DNA of 64,000 bases from an uncultured Nocardioides sp. (GTDB lineage: Bacteria; Actinomycetota; Actinomycetes; Propionibacteriales; Nocardioidaceae), in the NCBI RefSeq assembly GCF_902805925.1, contig NZ_CADCUP010000192.1, positions 3,830-67,829 on the forward strand, written 5' to 3'. The stretch's first letter is position 1, and the number at the start of each line of letters is the position of its first letter. Shown in pieces: positions 1 to 12,486 of this stretch. The notes under the pieces were generated by a model, which worked only from the letters and a program-made list of their open reading frames with translations, had not been told where the DNA came from and did not search any database. Both the position numbers and the translations under genes were made by a program.

Positions 1-699
1 ATGCGGGGCTCGGTGCGCCTCGCGGCGCTGATGGGGCTGCCCGTCACCTACGTCTGGACCCACGACTCGATCGGGCTCGGCGAGGACGGCCCGACCCACC
101 AGCCGATCGAGCACCTCGCCGCCCTGCGCGCGATCCCCGGTCTCGACGTCGTGCGCCCCGCGGACGCCAACGAGACCGCGGCCGCGTGGCACGCGATCCT
201 CACCAACACCGACCGGCCGGCGGGCCTGGCGCTGACCCGGCAGAACGTCCCGGTCTTCCCGCGCGGCACCGAGGGGTACGCCGACACCTCCGAGGTCCAC
301 CGCGGCGGCTACGTCCTGCTCGACGCCGAGGGCGGGCTGCCCGACGTGGTCCTGGTCGGCACCGGGTCCGAGGTGCAGGTCGCCGTCGCCGCGCGCGAGC
401 TGCTCGCCGAGGACGGCGTCCGCGCCCGGGTGGTCTCCATGCCGTGCCGCGAATGGTTCGAGGAGCAGGAGGAGGCCTACCGCGAGTCCGTGATCCCGCC
501 CAACGTCAAGGCGCGGGTCTCGGTGGAGGCCGGGGTGGCGCAGGGCTGGCGCGAGATCGTCGGCGACCACGGCCGCATCGTCTCGATCGACACCTACGGC
601 GCCTCGGCCGACTACGCGCGCATCTACCAGGAGTACGGCATGACGGGCGAGGCCGTCGCCGACGCCGCCCGCGACAGCATCCGGGTGTCCACCGACTGA
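1..699 (+). CDS. tkt: transketolase, C-terminal part (5' end outside window)
   Basis: The ORF is open at the window edge. The translation contains [22 protein letters not shown] and the transketolase C-terminal domain. It lies directly upstream of tal, as in actinobacterial pentose-phosphate clusters. Confidence 0.9.
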   Translation: MRGSVRLAALMGLPVTYVWTHDSIGLGEDGPTHQPIEHLAALRAIPGLDVVRPADANETAAAWHAILTNTDRPAGLALTRQNVPVFPRGTEGYADTSEVHRGGYVLLDAEGGLPDVVLVGTGSEVQVAVAARELLAEDGVRARVVSMPCREWFEEQEEAYRESVIPPNVKARVSVEAGVAQGWREIVGDHGRIVSIDTYGASADYARIYQEYGMTGEAVADAARDSIRVSTD

Positions 700-749
700 C
701 TGACGCACCACCGGACGGGTACCCCAAGGCACCGACCACAGGAGGAACG

Positions 750-1856
750 ATGAGTGACCGCTTGAAGGCTCTTGCAGACGCGGGTGTGTCCATCTGGCTC
801 GACGACCTGTCGCGCGAGCGCATCGAGACCGGCAACCTCGCCGAGCTCGTCAAGGAGAGGTCCGTGGTGGGGGTGACCACCAACCCGACCATCTTCGCCT
901 CGGCCATCGCCAACGGGGAGCGCTACGACGAGCAGGTGGGCAAGCTGGTCGCCGAGGGGGCGTCGGTCGACAAGGTCATCCTCGAGCTCACCACCGAGGA
1001 CGTCCGCAACGCCTGCGACGTCCTCGCGCCGGTGGCGGAGTCGACCGCGCACGACGGTCGGGTCTCGATCGAGGTGGAGCCCGACCTCGCCAACGACACC
1101 GAGGGCACCATCAACTCCGCGAAGGCCCTGTGGGCCGCCGTCGACCGTCCCAACGCGCTCATCAAGATCCCCGCCACCCTCGAGGGCCTGCCGGCCATCA
1201 CGGCTGCCATCGCCGAGGGCATCAGCGTCAACGTGACCCTGATCTTCGGCGAGGAGCGCTACCGCGAGGTCATGGACGCCTACCTCACCGGTCTCGAGCA
1301 GGCCCGCGACGCGGGCCGCGACCTCTCCCAGATCCGCTCGGTCGCCTCGTTCTTCATCTCCCGGGTCGACGCCGAGGTCGACAAGCGCCTGGACGAGGCC
1401 GGCACCGACATCGCCACCGCCCTCAAGGGCAAGGCGGCCGTCGCCAACGCCCTGGTGGCGTACGGCGCCTACGAGGAGGTGAGCGCCTCCGACCGGTGGC
1501 GCGACCTGGAGGCCGCGGGGGCCAACCGCCAGCGGCCGCTGTGGGCCTCGACCGGGGTGAAGAACCCTGACTACCCCGACACGATGTACGTCGCCGACCT
1601 CGTCGTGCCCGAGACCGTCAACACGATGCCCGAGAAGACGCTCGAGGCCTTCGCCGACCACGGCGAGGTGATGGGCGACGTGGTGACCGGCAAGGCGTCC
1701 GAGGGCCGGGCCATCCTGGACCGCCTCGGGGACGTCGGCGTCGACTTCCTGGACGTGCTGGTCAGCATCGAGCACGAGGGCGTCGACAAGTTCAAGAAGT
1801 CCTGGACCGAGCTGGTCGAGACCGTCGAGGGCCAGATGGCGAAGGCCGGGCGGTGA
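750..1856 (+). CDS. tal: transaldolase
   Basis: I chose the ATG at 750 inside the long 186..1856 ORF. The N-terminus [25 protein letters not shown] is typical of actinobacterial transaldolases. GGAGGA lies at 741-746. The upstream part of the ORF is Arg/Gly-rich junk overlapping tkt. Confidence 0.92.
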   Translation: MSDRLKALADAGVSIWLDDLSRERIETGNLAELVKERSVVGVTTNPTIFASAIANGERYDEQVGKLVAEGASVDKVILELTTEDVRNACDVLAPVAESTAHDGRVSIEVEPDLANDTEGTINSAKALWAAVDRPNALIKIPATLEGLPAITAAIAEGISVNVTLIFGEERYREVMDAYLTGLEQARDAGRDLSQIRSVASFFISRVDAEVDKRLDEAGTDIATALKGKAAVANALVAYGAYEEVSASDRWRDLEAAGANRQRPLWASTGVKNPDYPDTMYVADLVVPETVNTMPEKTLEAFADHGEVMGDVVTGKASEGRAILDRLGDVGVDFLDVLVSIEHEGVDKFKKSWTELVETVEGQMAKAGR

Positions 1857-3499
1857 CGGCGGCCGACACCGCCGCCGAGGCAGGTCTCTACGAGCTGTCC
1901 TTTGGCTACCGCGACGAGAAGGCCTTCGTCGACACCGTCTCCTCGCTCGTGGAGGAGCAGGTCGCCTCCCGCCTCGCCGACCGCGACGCCACGCTCTGGG
2001 GTGAGGCGGCCGAGGAGGAGGCCGGCAAGCGGCTGGCCTGGGTCGACCTGCACTCCACCTCGCGTCCGCTGGTCGCGGAGGTCGAGGAGCTCAGGGCCGA
2101 CCTGGCCGGGCAGGGGCTGGCCCGCGTGGTGCTGTGCGGGATGGGCGGCTCGTCGCTGGCGCCCGAGGTGATCTGCGCCGCCGACGGCGTCGACCTCGTG
2201 GTGCTGGACTCCTCCGATCCCGACTTCGTCCGTGCCGCGCTGGAGGACCACCTCGACACCACCGTGATCGTGGTGTCCTCGAAGTCCGGCGGCACGGTCG
2301 AGACCGACAGCCAGCGCCGTGCCTTCGAGAAGGCGTTCACCGACGCCGGCATCGACCCCGCGGGCCGCATCGTCGTCGTCACCGACCCCGGCTCCCCCCT
2401 CGACGCCGCCGCCACCGAGTCCGGCTACCGCGTCTTCCGGGCGGACCCCGAGGTGGGCGGCCGCTACTCCGCGCTCACGGCCTTCGGCCTGGTGCCGAGC
2501 GGCCTGGCCGGCGCCGACATCGCCCGCCTGCTCGACGAGGCCGCCGCCATCGCGCCCGCGCTCGCGGCCGACTCCCCCGACAACCCCGGCCTGCGGCTGG
2601 GCGCCCTGCTCGGCGCGGCCAACGCCGCCGGCGCCGACAAGCTGGTGCTCGCCGACGGCGGCTCGCCGTACGCCGGCCTCGGCGACTGGGCCGAGCAGCT
2701 CGTCGCCGAGTCGACGGGCAAGGACGGCAAGGGCATCCTGCCCGTGGTGGTGGAGGGCACCGACGCACCCAACTTCTCGCCGAGCACCGACGACGAGGTC
2801 CTCGCCACCTACGGCCCGGACGGTCCGGGGGTCACCCCCGCGTCGGGCTGGGGCGTCACGGTCGACGCCGCCCTGGGCGCCCAGATGCTGCTGTGGGAGG
2901 TCGCCACCGCGGTCGCCGGCCGCGTTCTCGGCATCAACCCCTTCGACCAGCCCGACGTCGAGAGCGCCAAGGCCGCGGCGCGCGACATGCTGGAGGGCGG
3001 CGGGGAGCAGCCGACCGCGACCTTCGTGGACGGCGCGGTGACCGTCTACGCCTCGGGCGACTGGCTGCCCGAGGGCACCGACACCGTGGCCGGTGCCGTC
3101 ACCGCGCTGCTGGGTCGGCTCGACGACGACCACGGCTACCTCGCCGTGCAGGCCTACCTCGACCGGCACCGCGACGCGGCGCTCGCGGGCGTGCGGCCGG
3201 CGCTCGCCCGGCGTACCGGGCGACCGGTCACCTTCGGGTGGGGACCCCGCTTCCTCCACTCCACCGGGCAGTACCACAAGGGCGGGCCGGACACGGGGGT
3301 CTACCTCCAGGTCACCGGACAGCCCTTGGCCGACCTCGCGGTGCCCGACCGGCCGTTCACCTTCCACGAGTTCCTCACCGCCCAGGCGGTCGGCGACGGA
3401 ACCGTGCTGGCCGACAAGGGCCGCCCCGTGCTCCGGCTGCACGTCTCCGGGCCCGACGACCTGGCCGCGGTCGCGGACGTCCTCGCGGACGGCGCCTGA
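1853..3499 (+). CDS. pgi: glucose-6-phosphate isomerase
   Basis: The GTG start overlaps the tal stop (GTGA). PGI motifs SKSGGTVET and [13 protein letters not shown] are present. Length is 548 aa. Confidence 0.85.
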   Translation: MTAADTAAEAGLYELSFGYRDEKAFVDTVSSLVEEQVASRLADRDATLWGEAAEEEAGKRLAWVDLHSTSRPLVAEVEELRADLAGQGLARVVLCGMGGSSLAPEVICAADGVDLVVLDSSDPDFVRAALEDHLDTTVIVVSSKSGGTVETDSQRRAFEKAFTDAGIDPAGRIVVVTDPGSPLDAAATESGYRVFRADPEVGGRYSALTAFGLVPSGLAGADIARLLDEAAAIAPALAADSPDNPGLRLGALLGAANAAGADKLVLADGGSPYAGLGDWAEQLVAESTGKDGKGILPVVVEGTDAPNFSPSTDDEVLATYGPDGPGVTPASGWGVTVDAALGAQMLLWEVATAVAGRVLGINPFDQPDVESAKAAARDMLEGGGEQPTATFVDGAVTVYASGDWLPEGTDTVAGAVTALLGRLDDDHGYLAVQAYLDRHRDAALAGVRPALARRTGRPVTFGWGPRFLHSTGQYHKGGPDTGVYLQVTGQPLADLAVPDRPFTFHEFLTAQAVGDGTVLADKGRPVLRLHVSGPDDLAAVADVLADGA

Positions 3500-5022
3500 T
3501 GGCCGCCGCCAACCCGCTGCGGGACCCCGAGGACCGCCGGCTCCCTCGGATCGCGGGCCCGTGCGGCATGGTGCTCTTCGGCGTCACCGGCGACCTCTCC
3601 CGCAAGAAGGTCGTGCCGGCGGTCTACGACCTCGCCAACCGTGGGCTGCTGCCGCCCGGCTTCAGCCTCATCGGGTACGCCCGGCGCGACTGGGCCGACC
3701 AGGACTTCGCCCAGATCGTGCACGACTCGGTCAAGCAGCACGCGCGCACCGAGTTCCGGGAGGAGGTCTGGAACCAGCTGTCCGAGGGCCTGCGCTTCGT
3801 GCAGGGCGACTTCGACGACGACGTCGCCTTCGACACCCTGCGCCGCACCATCGAGGAGCTCGACCAGGCCCGGGGGACCGGCGGGAACTACGCTTTCTAC
3901 CTCGCCATCCCGCCGTCGTTCTTCGGCGCGGTCGTGGGCCAGCTCCAGGAGCACAAGCTCGCCCAGCCACCGGCCGACGCCTGGCGCCGGGTCGTCGTGG
4001 AGAAGCCGTTCGGCCACGACCTGGAGTCGGCTCGGGTGCTGAACGACACCCTCGACGGCGTCTTCCCGCCCGAGTCGGTGTTCCGCATCGACCACTACCT
4101 GGGCAAGGAGACGGTGCAGAACATCCTGGCGATGCGCTTCGCCAACAACATGTTCGAGCCGGTCTGGAACGGCAACTACGTCGACCACGTGCAGATCACC
4201 ATGGCCGAGGACATCGGCATCGGCGGTCGCGCCGGCTACTACGACGGCATCGGGGCCGCCCGCGACGTCATCCAGAACCACCTCCTCCAGCTGATGGCCC
4301 TGGTCGCCATGGAGGAGCCGACGTCCTTCGACGCCGACAGCCTGCGCCTGGAGAAGCAGAAGGTGCTCTCCTCCACGACCCTGCCCCGACGACTCGACCT
4401 CAGCACCGCGCGCGGGCAGTACGTCGAGGGCTGGTCCGGCGGCGAGAAGGTGCAGGGGTTCCTCGACGAGGAGGGCATCAAGAAGTCCTCGACGACCGAG
4501 ACGTTCGCCGCCATCACCGTCAACATCGAGACCCGGCGCTGGGCCGGGGTGCCGTTCTACCTGCGGCACGGCAAGCGGCTCGGGCGTCGGGTCACCGAGG
4601 TGGCGATCATCTTCAAGCGCGCGCCGCACCTGCCCTTCAGCGTGACCTCCACCGAGGAGCTCACCCAGAACGCCCTGGTCGTCCGGGTGCAGCCCGACGA
4701 GGGGATGACCCTGCGATTCGGCTCCAAGGTGCCGGGCACCACCATGGAGATCCGCGACGTCAACATGGACTTCGCCTACGGCGGCTCCTTCACCGAGGCC
4801 AGCCCCGAGGCCTACGAGCGACTGATCCTCGACGTCCTGCTGGGCGACCCGCCGTTGTTCCCGCGGCACGAGGAGGTCGAGCTCTCGTGGAAGATCCTCG
4901 ACCCCGTCCTGGACCACTGGGCCCGGAAGGGCCGGCCCGACAGGTATCCGGCGGGCACCTGGGGCCCACCCTCCGCCGACGCGATGCTGGCACGCGACGG
5001 CCGCACCTGGAGGCGACCATGA
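3499..5022 (+). CDS. zwf: glucose-6-phosphate dehydrogenase
   Basis: The ATG at 3499 overlaps the pgi stop. It carries the N-terminal dinucleotide motif LFGVTGDLSRKK and the active-site motif RIDHYLGKE. The rest of the 2134..5022 ORF is spurious upstream extension. Confidence 0.93.
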   Translation: MAAANPLRDPEDRRLPRIAGPCGMVLFGVTGDLSRKKVVPAVYDLANRGLLPPGFSLIGYARRDWADQDFAQIVHDSVKQHARTEFREEVWNQLSEGLRFVQGDFDDDVAFDTLRRTIEELDQARGTGGNYAFYLAIPPSFFGAVVGQLQEHKLAQPPADAWRRVVVEKPFGHDLESARVLNDTLDGVFPPESVFRIDHYLGKETVQNILAMRFANNMFEPVWNGNYVDHVQITMAEDIGIGGRAGYYDGIGAARDVIQNHLLQLMALVAMEEPTSFDADSLRLEKQKVLSSTTLPRRLDLSTARGQYVEGWSGGEKVQGFLDEEGIKKSSTTETFAAITVNIETRRWAGVPFYLRHGKRLGRRVTEVAIIFKRAPHLPFSVTSTEELTQNALVVRVQPDEGMTLRFGSKVPGTTMEIRDVNMDFAYGGSFTEASPEAYERLILDVLLGDPPLFPRHEEVELSWKILDPVLDHWARKGRPDRYPAGTWGPPSADAMLARDGRTWRRP

Positions 5023-5933
5023 CGACCGAGCTGATCGACACCAACTCCTCCCGGATCGCTGCGGAGTTCGTGCGGTCGCGCCGGCGGGCGGGCAGCCCGG
5101 CGATGGGCATGGTGCTGACCCTCATCATCGTCGCCGACGAGGACGACGCCGAGCACGCCATGGCCGCCGCGCGCGCAGCGTCGCAGGAGCATCCCGCCCG
5201 GGTCCTCGGGGTGATCCTCGGCGACGGCCGGGGCGCCGGCGTGGTCAACGCCCAGGTGGGCATCGGCTCCGGCTGGACCGGTGAGACGGCGCTGATCCGG
5301 CTCAAGGGCGAGGTCGTCCGGCACGCCGAGTCCGTCGTCCTGCCGCTGCTGCTGCCCGACTCCCCGGTGGCCATCTGGTGGCCCACCGACGCTCCCGACG
5401 ACCCGGCCAAGGACCCGCTCGGCAGGCTGGCCTCCCGCCGGATCACCGACGCCGCCGCCGTCACCCGCGGCAAGACGGCCGCGATGCACCGTCAGTGCTC
5501 GACGTACGCCCCGGGCAACACCGATCTCGCGTGGACGCGCATCACCCCGTGGCGGGCGCTGCTGGCCGCCGCGCTCGACCAGCACCCGTTGAAGGTGCAG
5601 CGCGCCACGGTGGCAGCCGAGCGCATCTCGCCGAGCGCCGAGCTGCTCGCCGCGTGGCTGAGCAGCCGGCTCAAGGTCAAGGTGGACCGGACGGTCTCCT
5701 CCGGCCCGGGCATCAACGAGGTCGTCCTGGGGACCCGCGACGGTCCCATCACGATCAGCCGCGGCGACGGGCGCCTGGCCACCTTCTCCTCCCCCGGGCA
5801 GCCCGACCGGCCGGTGGCGCTGAAGCGGCGCGAGCTGCCCGAGCTGCTCGCCGAGGAGCTGCGCCGCCTCGACGAGGACGACATCTACTCCGCCGCCGCG
5901 AAGGAGCTGGTGAAGCTGGAGGCGAAGTCGTGA
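5019..5933 (+). CDS. opcA: glucose-6-phosphate dehydrogenase assembly protein OpcA
   Basis: ATGA overlap with the zwf stop. A ~304-aa protein (MTTELIDTNSSRIAAEF...) sits in the canonical zwf-opcA-pgl position. Confidence 0.85.
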   Translation: MTTELIDTNSSRIAAEFVRSRRRAGSPAMGMVLTLIIVADEDDAEHAMAAARAASQEHPARVLGVILGDGRGAGVVNAQVGIGSGWTGETALIRLKGEVVRHAESVVLPLLLPDSPVAIWWPTDAPDDPAKDPLGRLASRRITDAAAVTRGKTAAMHRQCSTYAPGNTDLAWTRITPWRALLAAALDQHPLKVQRATVAAERISPSAELLAAWLSSRLKVKVDRTVSSGPGINEVVLGTRDGPITISRGDGRLATFSSPGQPDRPVALKRRELPELLAEELRRLDEDDIYSAAAKELVKLEAKS

Positions 5934-6670
5934 CCGGGCGCGAGGTCCTCGTCCACGACGACGCCGGCGCGCTGGCGGCCGACGCCGCGAGCCGGCTGCT
6001 GGAGGTGCTCGAGACCGTGCAGGCCGCGGGCGGCACGCCCCAGATCGTGCTCACTGGTGGCTCCATCGCCGAGACGCTGCACCAGGAGGTCGCCCGCCGG
6101 GCCGCGGACTCCGCCGTCGACTGGTCGCGCGTGGTGGTCTGGTGGGGCGACGAGCGCTTCGTGGAGGCGTCGTCACCCGACCGCAACGCCGGTCAGGCGC
6201 GCGAGGCGTTCGGCGACCGGCTCGGGCTCGACCCGGCCAATGTCCACGAGATGCCCGCCGGCGATGCCGGCCTCGACCTCGAGGCCGCCGCCGCGGCGTA
6301 CGCCGAGGACCTGCGCGCCCACGGCGGCGACGCGTTCGACGTGCTGATGCTGGGGGTGGGACCCGACGGCCACGTCGCGTCCCTGTTCCCCGGGCACCCG
6401 GCGCTGGAGTCCGACGACGTCACCGTGGCCGTGCGGAGCTCGCCCAAGCCGCCGCCCGAACGCATCTCGCTGGCGTTCCCCGCGCTGAACCGCAGCCGTG
6501 AGGTGTGGTTCCTGGTCAGCGGTGAGGGCAAGGCCGACGCCGTCGCGGCTGCCCTGGCCGACGACGGCTCGGTGGCGGCCACCCCGGCGCGCGGGGTCAG
6601 TGGTCTGGACCGGACCGTGTGGTGGCTCGACCGGGCGGCCGCCGGGGACGCCACCGACCCAGGCGCCTAG
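5930..6670 (+). CDS. pgl: 6-phosphogluconolactonase
   Basis: GTGA overlap with the opcA stop. Motifs LTGGS and LLGVGPDGHVASLFPG belong to the 6PGL/glucosamine-6-P isomerase fold. Confidence 0.85.
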   Translation: MTGREVLVHDDAGALAADAASRLLEVLETVQAAGGTPQIVLTGGSIAETLHQEVARRAADSAVDWSRVVVWWGDERFVEASSPDRNAGQAREAFGDRLGLDPANVHEMPAGDAGLDLEAAAAAYAEDLRAHGGDAFDVLMLGVGPDGHVASLFPGHPALESDDVTVAVRSSPKPPPERISLAFPALNRSREVWFLVSGEGKADAVAAALADDGSVAATPARGVSGLDRTVWWLDRAAAGDATDPGA

Positions 6671-6699
6671 ACAACCCGGCGTTCCAGAGAACCCGGGGT

Positions 6700-7059
6700 C
6701 TAGAAGATGATCTCTCCGGACTTGCGGCGCGACCTCAGCAGCTGGATGGCCTCGTCGAGGATGTCGGCCGCCTCGGCGTCGGAGCGGCGCTCCTTCACGT
6801 AGGCGAGGTGGGTCTTGTACGGCTCGATCTTCGGCGCGGGCGGCGGGTTCTCCGAGTCCATGCTGGCCGGCAGGCCGCACTTGGGACAGTCCCACGACTC
6901 GGGGACGGTCGCCTCGATGGCGAAGGTCACCACCGACCGGTGTCCGTGCGAGCAGAAGTACGTCACCGCCTGGCGCGGTGCTGACTCCCCCCGCTCTGCC
7001 TCGCCCATCGGACCTGCGCCGACCCGGCTCCCGCGGATCGCATTTCCAGCACCAGCCAC
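6700..7059 (-). CDS. rbpA: RNA polymerase-binding protein RbpA
   Basis: The translation AIRGSRVGAGPMGEAERGESAPRQAVTYFC...WDCPKCG...KTHLAYVKERRS...LLRSRR matches my recollection of the RbpA layout in Mycobacterium and Streptomyces. The GTG at 7059 is preceded by GGGAG. The longer ORF to 7248 is an unlikely start. Confidence 0.8.
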   Translation of the reverse strand: MAGAGNAIRGSRVGAGPMGEAERGESAPRQAVTYFCSHGHRSVVTFAIEATVPESWDCPKCGLPASMDSENPPPAPKIEPYKTHLAYVKERRSDAEAADILDEAIQLLRSRRKSGEIIF

Positions 7060-7084
7060 GTCACTCCCTCTTTCCCAGAAACTC

Positions 7085-7324
7085 TCAGACGCTGTAGGCC
7101 GTGAGCAGGCCCAGCGCAACGATGCAGGAGAACCAGATGACCCCGACACCCACCGTGAAGCGGTCGAGGTTTCGCTCGGCGACCGATGAGCCGCCTCCCA
7201 GCGAGGAGGACACGCCGCCACCGAACATGTCCGAGAGTCCACCGCCACGGCCCTTGTGGAGCAGCACCAGCAGGATGAGGATCAGGCTCGTGATGACGAG
7301 CAGGACTTCGAAAAGCAGAATCAC
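7085..7324 (-). CDS. secG: preprotein translocase subunit SecG
   Basis: 79 aa with two hydrophobic helices flanking a Gly-rich loop (HKGRGGGLSDMFGGG). It sits in the conserved position downstream of tpiA. Confidence 0.85.
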   Translation of the reverse strand: MILLFEVLLVITSLILILLVLLHKGRGGGLSDMFGGGVSSSLGGGSSVAERNLDRFTVGVGVIWFSCIVALGLLTAYSV

Positions 7325-7353
7325 GGTGCGAAGCCTACGTCACTTCCGCACGG

Positions 7354-8151
7354 TCACAGGACCGGCATGTCGTAGAACCGACAAACTCCACCGAACTCGT
7401 CGACCTGCAGGCTGGCGCCGCCGACCAGGGCACCGTCGACGTCCGGCCTGTCCATGATGGCGCCGACGTTCGAGGCCTTGACGGAGCCGCCGTAGAGGAT
7501 GCGGCAGCCGTCGGCCGCGCCGTCGCCGTGCACCTCGCGGAGCCGCTCGCGGATGGCGGCGCAGACCTCCTGGGCGTCGTCGGGCGTGGCCACCTCACCG
7601 GTGCCGATGGCCCAGACCGGCTCGTACGCGACGACGAGTCCGGCCACCTGCTCGGCGGTGAAGCCGGCCAGCGAGCCGTCGACCTGCGCGAGCGTGTGCG
7701 GGACGTGCTGGCCGGCCTGCCGGACCTCGAGCCCCTCGCCCACGCAGACGATGGGGGTCATGCCCGCCGCCAGCGCCCGGTGGCCCTTGGTGTTGACGAC
7801 CTCGTCGGTCTCGGCGTGGTGGTCGCGGCGCTCGGAGTGACCGACCACGACGTAGCTGCAGCCGAGCTTGGCCAGCATGGCTGCGGAGACCTCGCCGGTG
7901 TAGGCGCCGCTGTCGTGGGTGGAGACGTCCTGGGCGCCGTAGCGCACCGAGAGCCGGTCACCGTCGACGAGCGTCTGCACCGAGCGGAGGTCGGTGAACG
8001 GCGGCAGCACGACGACCTCGGCCTTCCCGTAGTCGTGCCGCTTGTCGGACAGCGTCCACGCCAGCTTCTGGACGAACACCACCGCTTCCTGGTGGTTGAG
8101 GTTCATCTTCCAGTTGCCCGCCATCAGCGGCGTGCGTGCGTTCTTGGCCAT
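7354..8151 (-). CDS. tpiA: triose-phosphate isomerase
   Basis: Motifs [16 protein letters not shown] and [11 protein letters not shown] are present. Confidence 0.93.
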   Translation of the reverse strand: MAKNARTPLMAGNWKMNLNHQEAVVFVQKLAWTLSDKRHDYGKAEVVVLPPFTDLRSVQTLVDGDRLSVRYGAQDVSTHDSGAYTGEVSAAMLAKLGCSYVVVGHSERRDHHAETDEVVNTKGHRALAAGMTPIVCVGEGLEVRQAGQHVPHTLAQVDGSLAGFTAEQVAGLVVAYEPVWAIGTGEVATPDDAQEVCAAIRERLREVHGDGAADGCRILYGGSVKASNVGAIMDRPDVDGALVGGASLQVDEFGGVCRFYDMPVL

Positions 8152-8168
8152 GGTGTCGCTTTCGGTCG

Positions 8169-9394
8169 TCAGGGGCGTTCGAGGACGGCGATCCCGGGCA
8201 GCTCCTTGCCCTCGAGGTACTCCAGGCTGGCACCGCCGCCCGTGGAGATGTGGCCGAAGGCCGCCTCGTCGAAGCCGAGGGCGCGGACGGCGGCCGCGGA
8301 GTCGCCGCCGCCGACCACGGAGAGCCCGTCGATCGTGGTCAGTGCCTGCGCCACCGCACGCGTGCCGTCGGCGAAGGCGCCGACCTCGAAGACGCCCATC
8401 GGGCCGTTCCAGAAGACGGTACGGGCGTCGCCGAGGGCGTCGGCGAACGCCCGCGCGGACGCGGGGCCGATGTCGAGGCCGAGGGCGCCCGCGGGGATGG
8501 CGTCGGCCGCCACCACCTGGGGCTGCGGCTCGCGGTCACCGGACGGGAACGCCGTGTCGACCACGATGTCGGTCGGCAGCACGATCTCGACGCCCTTCGC
8601 CTCGGCCTGCTCGAGGTAGCCGCGGCAGGACTCGACCTGGTCCTCCTCGAGCAGGCTCCTGCCCACCTCGTGGCCCTGGGACCGCAAAAAGGTGAACACC
8701 ATGCCGCCGCCGATGACCAGCCGGTCGGCCTTGTCGAGGAGGTTGTCGATGACGCCCAGCTTGTCGGAGACCTTGGAGCCGCCGAGCACCACGACGTAGG
8801 GACGCTCGGGGTCGGCCGTCAGCCGGCGCAGCACGTCGATCTCGGTGGCCACCAGCCCGCCCATGGCGCTCGGCAGCCGCAGGGCGACGTCGTACACGGA
8901 GGCCTGCTTGCGGTGCACGACCCCGAAGCCGTCGGAGACGAAGACGTCACCGAGCTTCGCCAGCTCGGAGGCGAAGGCACCCCGGGACTCGTCCTGCTTG
9001 CTGGTCTCACCGGGGTTGAACCGGACGTTCTCCAGCACCGCCACGTCGCCGTCGGCGAGGCCCTCGACCGTGGCGGTCGCGCTCTCCCCCACCGTGTCGG
9101 TGGCGAAGGCGACGTCCCGCCCGAGCACCTCGCCCAGGCGCGCAGCCACCGGTGCCAGGGAGTAGGCCGGGTCCGGCTTGCCGTCGGGGCGGCCGAGGTG
9201 GGCCATCACGACGACGCGGGCGCCGGCCTCGGACAGCTGCTGGATCGTGGGCGCGCTCGCCCGGATCCGGCCGTCGTCGGTGATGGTGCCACCCTCGAGC
9301 GGCACGTTGAGGTCTGAGCGGACCAGGACCCGCTTGCCGGTCAGGTCACCGAGGGACGACCAGGTGCCGGCGGGGTCGTGGGTGGCGCCGGGCA

Positions 9395-9395
<1 letters not shown>
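8169..9395 (-). CDS. pgk: phosphoglycerate kinase
   Basis: The ATG at 9395 overlaps the gap stop (ATGA). Motifs RSDLNVPL and [10 protein letters not shown] are present. The 19-codon upstream extension in the track overlaps gap and was rejected. Confidence 0.92.
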
Positions 9396-10432
<1,037 letters not shown>

Positions 10433-10514
10433 CTATCGGAGCCCCGGACGCCGCGACCGGGCCGTCCGGCCTCCGCGCCCGGTCACCGCCGGACGTCCCC
10501 TGAGACGTCGGTGG

Positions 10515-11501
10515 TCAGGCTTCCTCGGCGAGCATGTCAGGAGTCAGCGACGCCTCGGTGTCGGGGATGCCGAGCTCCTCGGCGCGCTTGTCGGCCATGG
10601 CGAGGAGGCGGCGGATGCGGCCGGCGATGGCGTCCTTGGTGAGCACCGGGTCGTGCAGCTGGCCCAGCTCCTCGAGCGAGGCCTGCTTGTGCTCGAGGCG
10701 CAGGTGTCCGGCGAGCTTGAGGTGGTCGGGCACCTCGTCGGCCAGGATCTCCAGCGCCCGGTCGACGCGGGCACCCGCCGCGACCGCCGCCCGGGCGGAG
10801 CGGCGGAGGTTGGCGTCGTCGAAGTTCGCCAGCCGGTTGGCGGTGGCGCGCACCTCGCGGCGCATCCGGCGCTCCTCCCAGGCCATCAGCGACTCGTGGG
10901 CGCCCAGCCGGGTCAGCAGCGCACCGATCGCGTCGCCGTCGCGGATGACGACACGATCGACCCCGCGCACCTCCCGGGCCTTGGCGGCGATGCCGAGGCG
11001 GCGGGCGACGCCGACGAGGGCGAGCGCGGCCTCGGGGCCGGGGCAGGTGACCTCGAGGGCGGAGGAGCGGCCGGGCTCGGTGAGCGACCCGTGGGCCAGG
11101 AAGGCACCGCGCCACGCCCCGACGGCGTCGCACCCGCCGCCGGAGACCACGGCAGGCGGCAGCCCGCGCACCGGGCGCCCGCGCTGGTCCAGGAGCCCGG
11201 TCTGGCGGGCGAGCGCCTCGCCGTCCTTGACGACGCGGACGATGTAGCGGCTGCCCTTGCGGATGCCGTTGCCCTGCACCATCACGACGTCGGACTGGTG
11301 CCCGTAGACCTCGGAGATGTCCTTGCGCAGCCGCCGGGCGGCGGCGCCCGTGTCGAGCTCGGCCTCGACGACGATGCGGCCGCTGACGATGTGCAGTCCG
11401 CCGGCGAAGCGGAGCATCGAGGCGACCTCCGCCTTGCGGCAGCAGGTCTTGGTGATCTGGGTGTTGGCCAGCTCGGCCTTCACCGGTGCAGTCATCGCCA
11501 T
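10515..11501 (-). CDS. whiA: DNA-binding sporulation/cell-division regulator WhiA
   Basis: The start [37 protein letters not shown] is the typical WhiA N-terminus. The C-terminus has an HTH region. The 533-aa ORF in the track is an artefactual upstream extension into yvcK. Confidence 0.88.
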   Translation of the reverse strand: MAMTAPVKAELANTQITKTCCRKAEVASMLRFAGGLHIVSGRIVVEAELDTGAAARRLRKDISEVYGHQSDVVMVQGNGIRKGSRYIVRVVKDGEALARQTGLLDQRGRPVRGLPPAVVSGGGCDAVGAWRGAFLAHGSLTEPGRSSALEVTCPGPEAALALVGVARRLGIAAKAREVRGVDRVVIRDGDAIGALLTRLGAHESLMAWEERRMRREVRATANRLANFDDANLRRSARAAVAAGARVDRALEILADEVPDHLKLAGHLRLEHKQASLEELGQLHDPVLTKDAIAGRIRRLLAMADKRAEELGIPDTEASLTPDMLAEEA

Positions 11502-11523
11502 GGACGCGATCCTGCCATGCGAG

Positions 11524-12486
11524 TCAACGACCCTCGGACCCCAGGATCCCCTCGAGGACACGCCCGAGCCGCGCCGGATCGTGGGCGGCGCTGCCGTCCC
11601 CGCGCGAGACGTCGCCGACCACCAGGCGGCCCCCGAGGTCGAGCACCGCCTTCTCCAGCGCGTCGACGTCGGCCACCGTGTCTGCGTCGGCCACCACCGA
11701 GTGGGCGGTGAGGTCGGGGGCCAGCTCGCGGAGCACCGCGAGGTGGTCCTCGGGCGCGAAGCCGTGGGTCTCGCCCTGCTGGGTCTCGAGGTTGAGGACG
11801 ATGACGAGCCGGGACCCGCGGGCCACCACCGCGTCGCGCAGCTCGGGCACCAGGAGGTGCGGGATGACCGAGGAGTACCACGAGCCCGGGCCGAGGACGA
11901 CCCAGTCGCTCCCCCGCACCGCCGCGACGGCCTCGGGGCACGCCGGCACGGGCGCCGGCTCCAGGAGCACGCGGTCGATGCGACCGGCGGTGGTGGCCAC
12001 CTCGACCTGGCCCCGCACCCGGGTGAGCGCGCGGGGGTCGCCGGGCACCAGCCCGGCGACGTCGGCGGCGATGTCGATGGGCGTCGTCGACATCGGCAGG
12101 ACGCGGCCCCGGGCACCCAGGAGGCGACCCACGAGGTCGAGCGCCGCGACCGCGTCGCCGAGCTGCTCCCACATGCCGACGATGAGCAGGTTGCCGACCG
12201 CGTGGCCGCGCATGTCGCCGGCGCCGGCGAACCGGTGCTGCAGGACCTCCGCCCACGTCTGGCCCCAGTCGTCGTCGCCGCACAGGGCGGCCAGGGCCAT
12301 GCGCAGGTCGCCGGGAGGCAGCACGTCGAACTGCTCGCGCAGCCGCCCGGACGAGCCGCCGTTGTCGGCCACCGTCACCACCGCGGTGACGTCGCGGGCG
12401 ACCCGGCGCAGCGCCGACAGGGAGGCGTGCAGCCCGTGCCCACCACCGAGCGCGACGACCGAGCAGTCGACCGTCGCCACGCTCAC
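11524..12486 (-). CDS. yvcK: YvcK/CofD-like gluconeogenesis factor (UDP-sugar binding)
   Basis: Motifs GGGHGL and [12 protein letters not shown] are present. The GTG start overlaps the rapZ stop (GTGA). It follows the conserved rapZ-yvcK-whiA order. Confidence 0.85.
   Translation of the reverse strand: MSVATVDCSVVALGGGHGLHASLSALRRVARDVTAVVTVADNGGSSGRLREQFDVLPPGDLRMALAALCGDDDWGQTWAEVLQHRFAGAGDMRGHAVGNLLIVGMWEQLGDAVAALDLVGRLLGARGRVLPMSTTPIDIAADVAGLVPGDPRALTRVRGQVEVATTAGRIDRVLLEPAPVPACPEAVAAVRGSDWVVLGPGSWYSSVIPHLLVPELRDAVVARGSRLVIVLNLETQQGETHGFAPEDHLAVLRELAPDLTAHSVVADADTVADVDALEKAVLDLGGRLVVGDVSRGDGSAAHDPARLGRVLEGILGSEGR

Noticed and set aside
6668-6700. A possible terminator hairpin between pgl and rbpA (CTAGACAACCCGG...CCGGGGTCTAG).
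   Set aside because: The arms pair only imperfectly (CTAGAC/GTCTAG plus CCGG/CCGG with mismatches), and no U-tract is present. The support is not strong enough to list it.
10515-12116. Long N-terminal extensions suggested by the track for whiA (533 aa), rapZ (566 aa), BKACE (628 aa), the IMPase (520 aa), the AlkP-family gene (522 aa), the SBP (614 aa) and others.
   Set aside because: The extensions overlap the upstream genes, are Arg/Pro/Gly-rich, and precede clear family-typical N-termini with RBS-like sequences or 4-nt start/stop overlaps. I used the internal starts.
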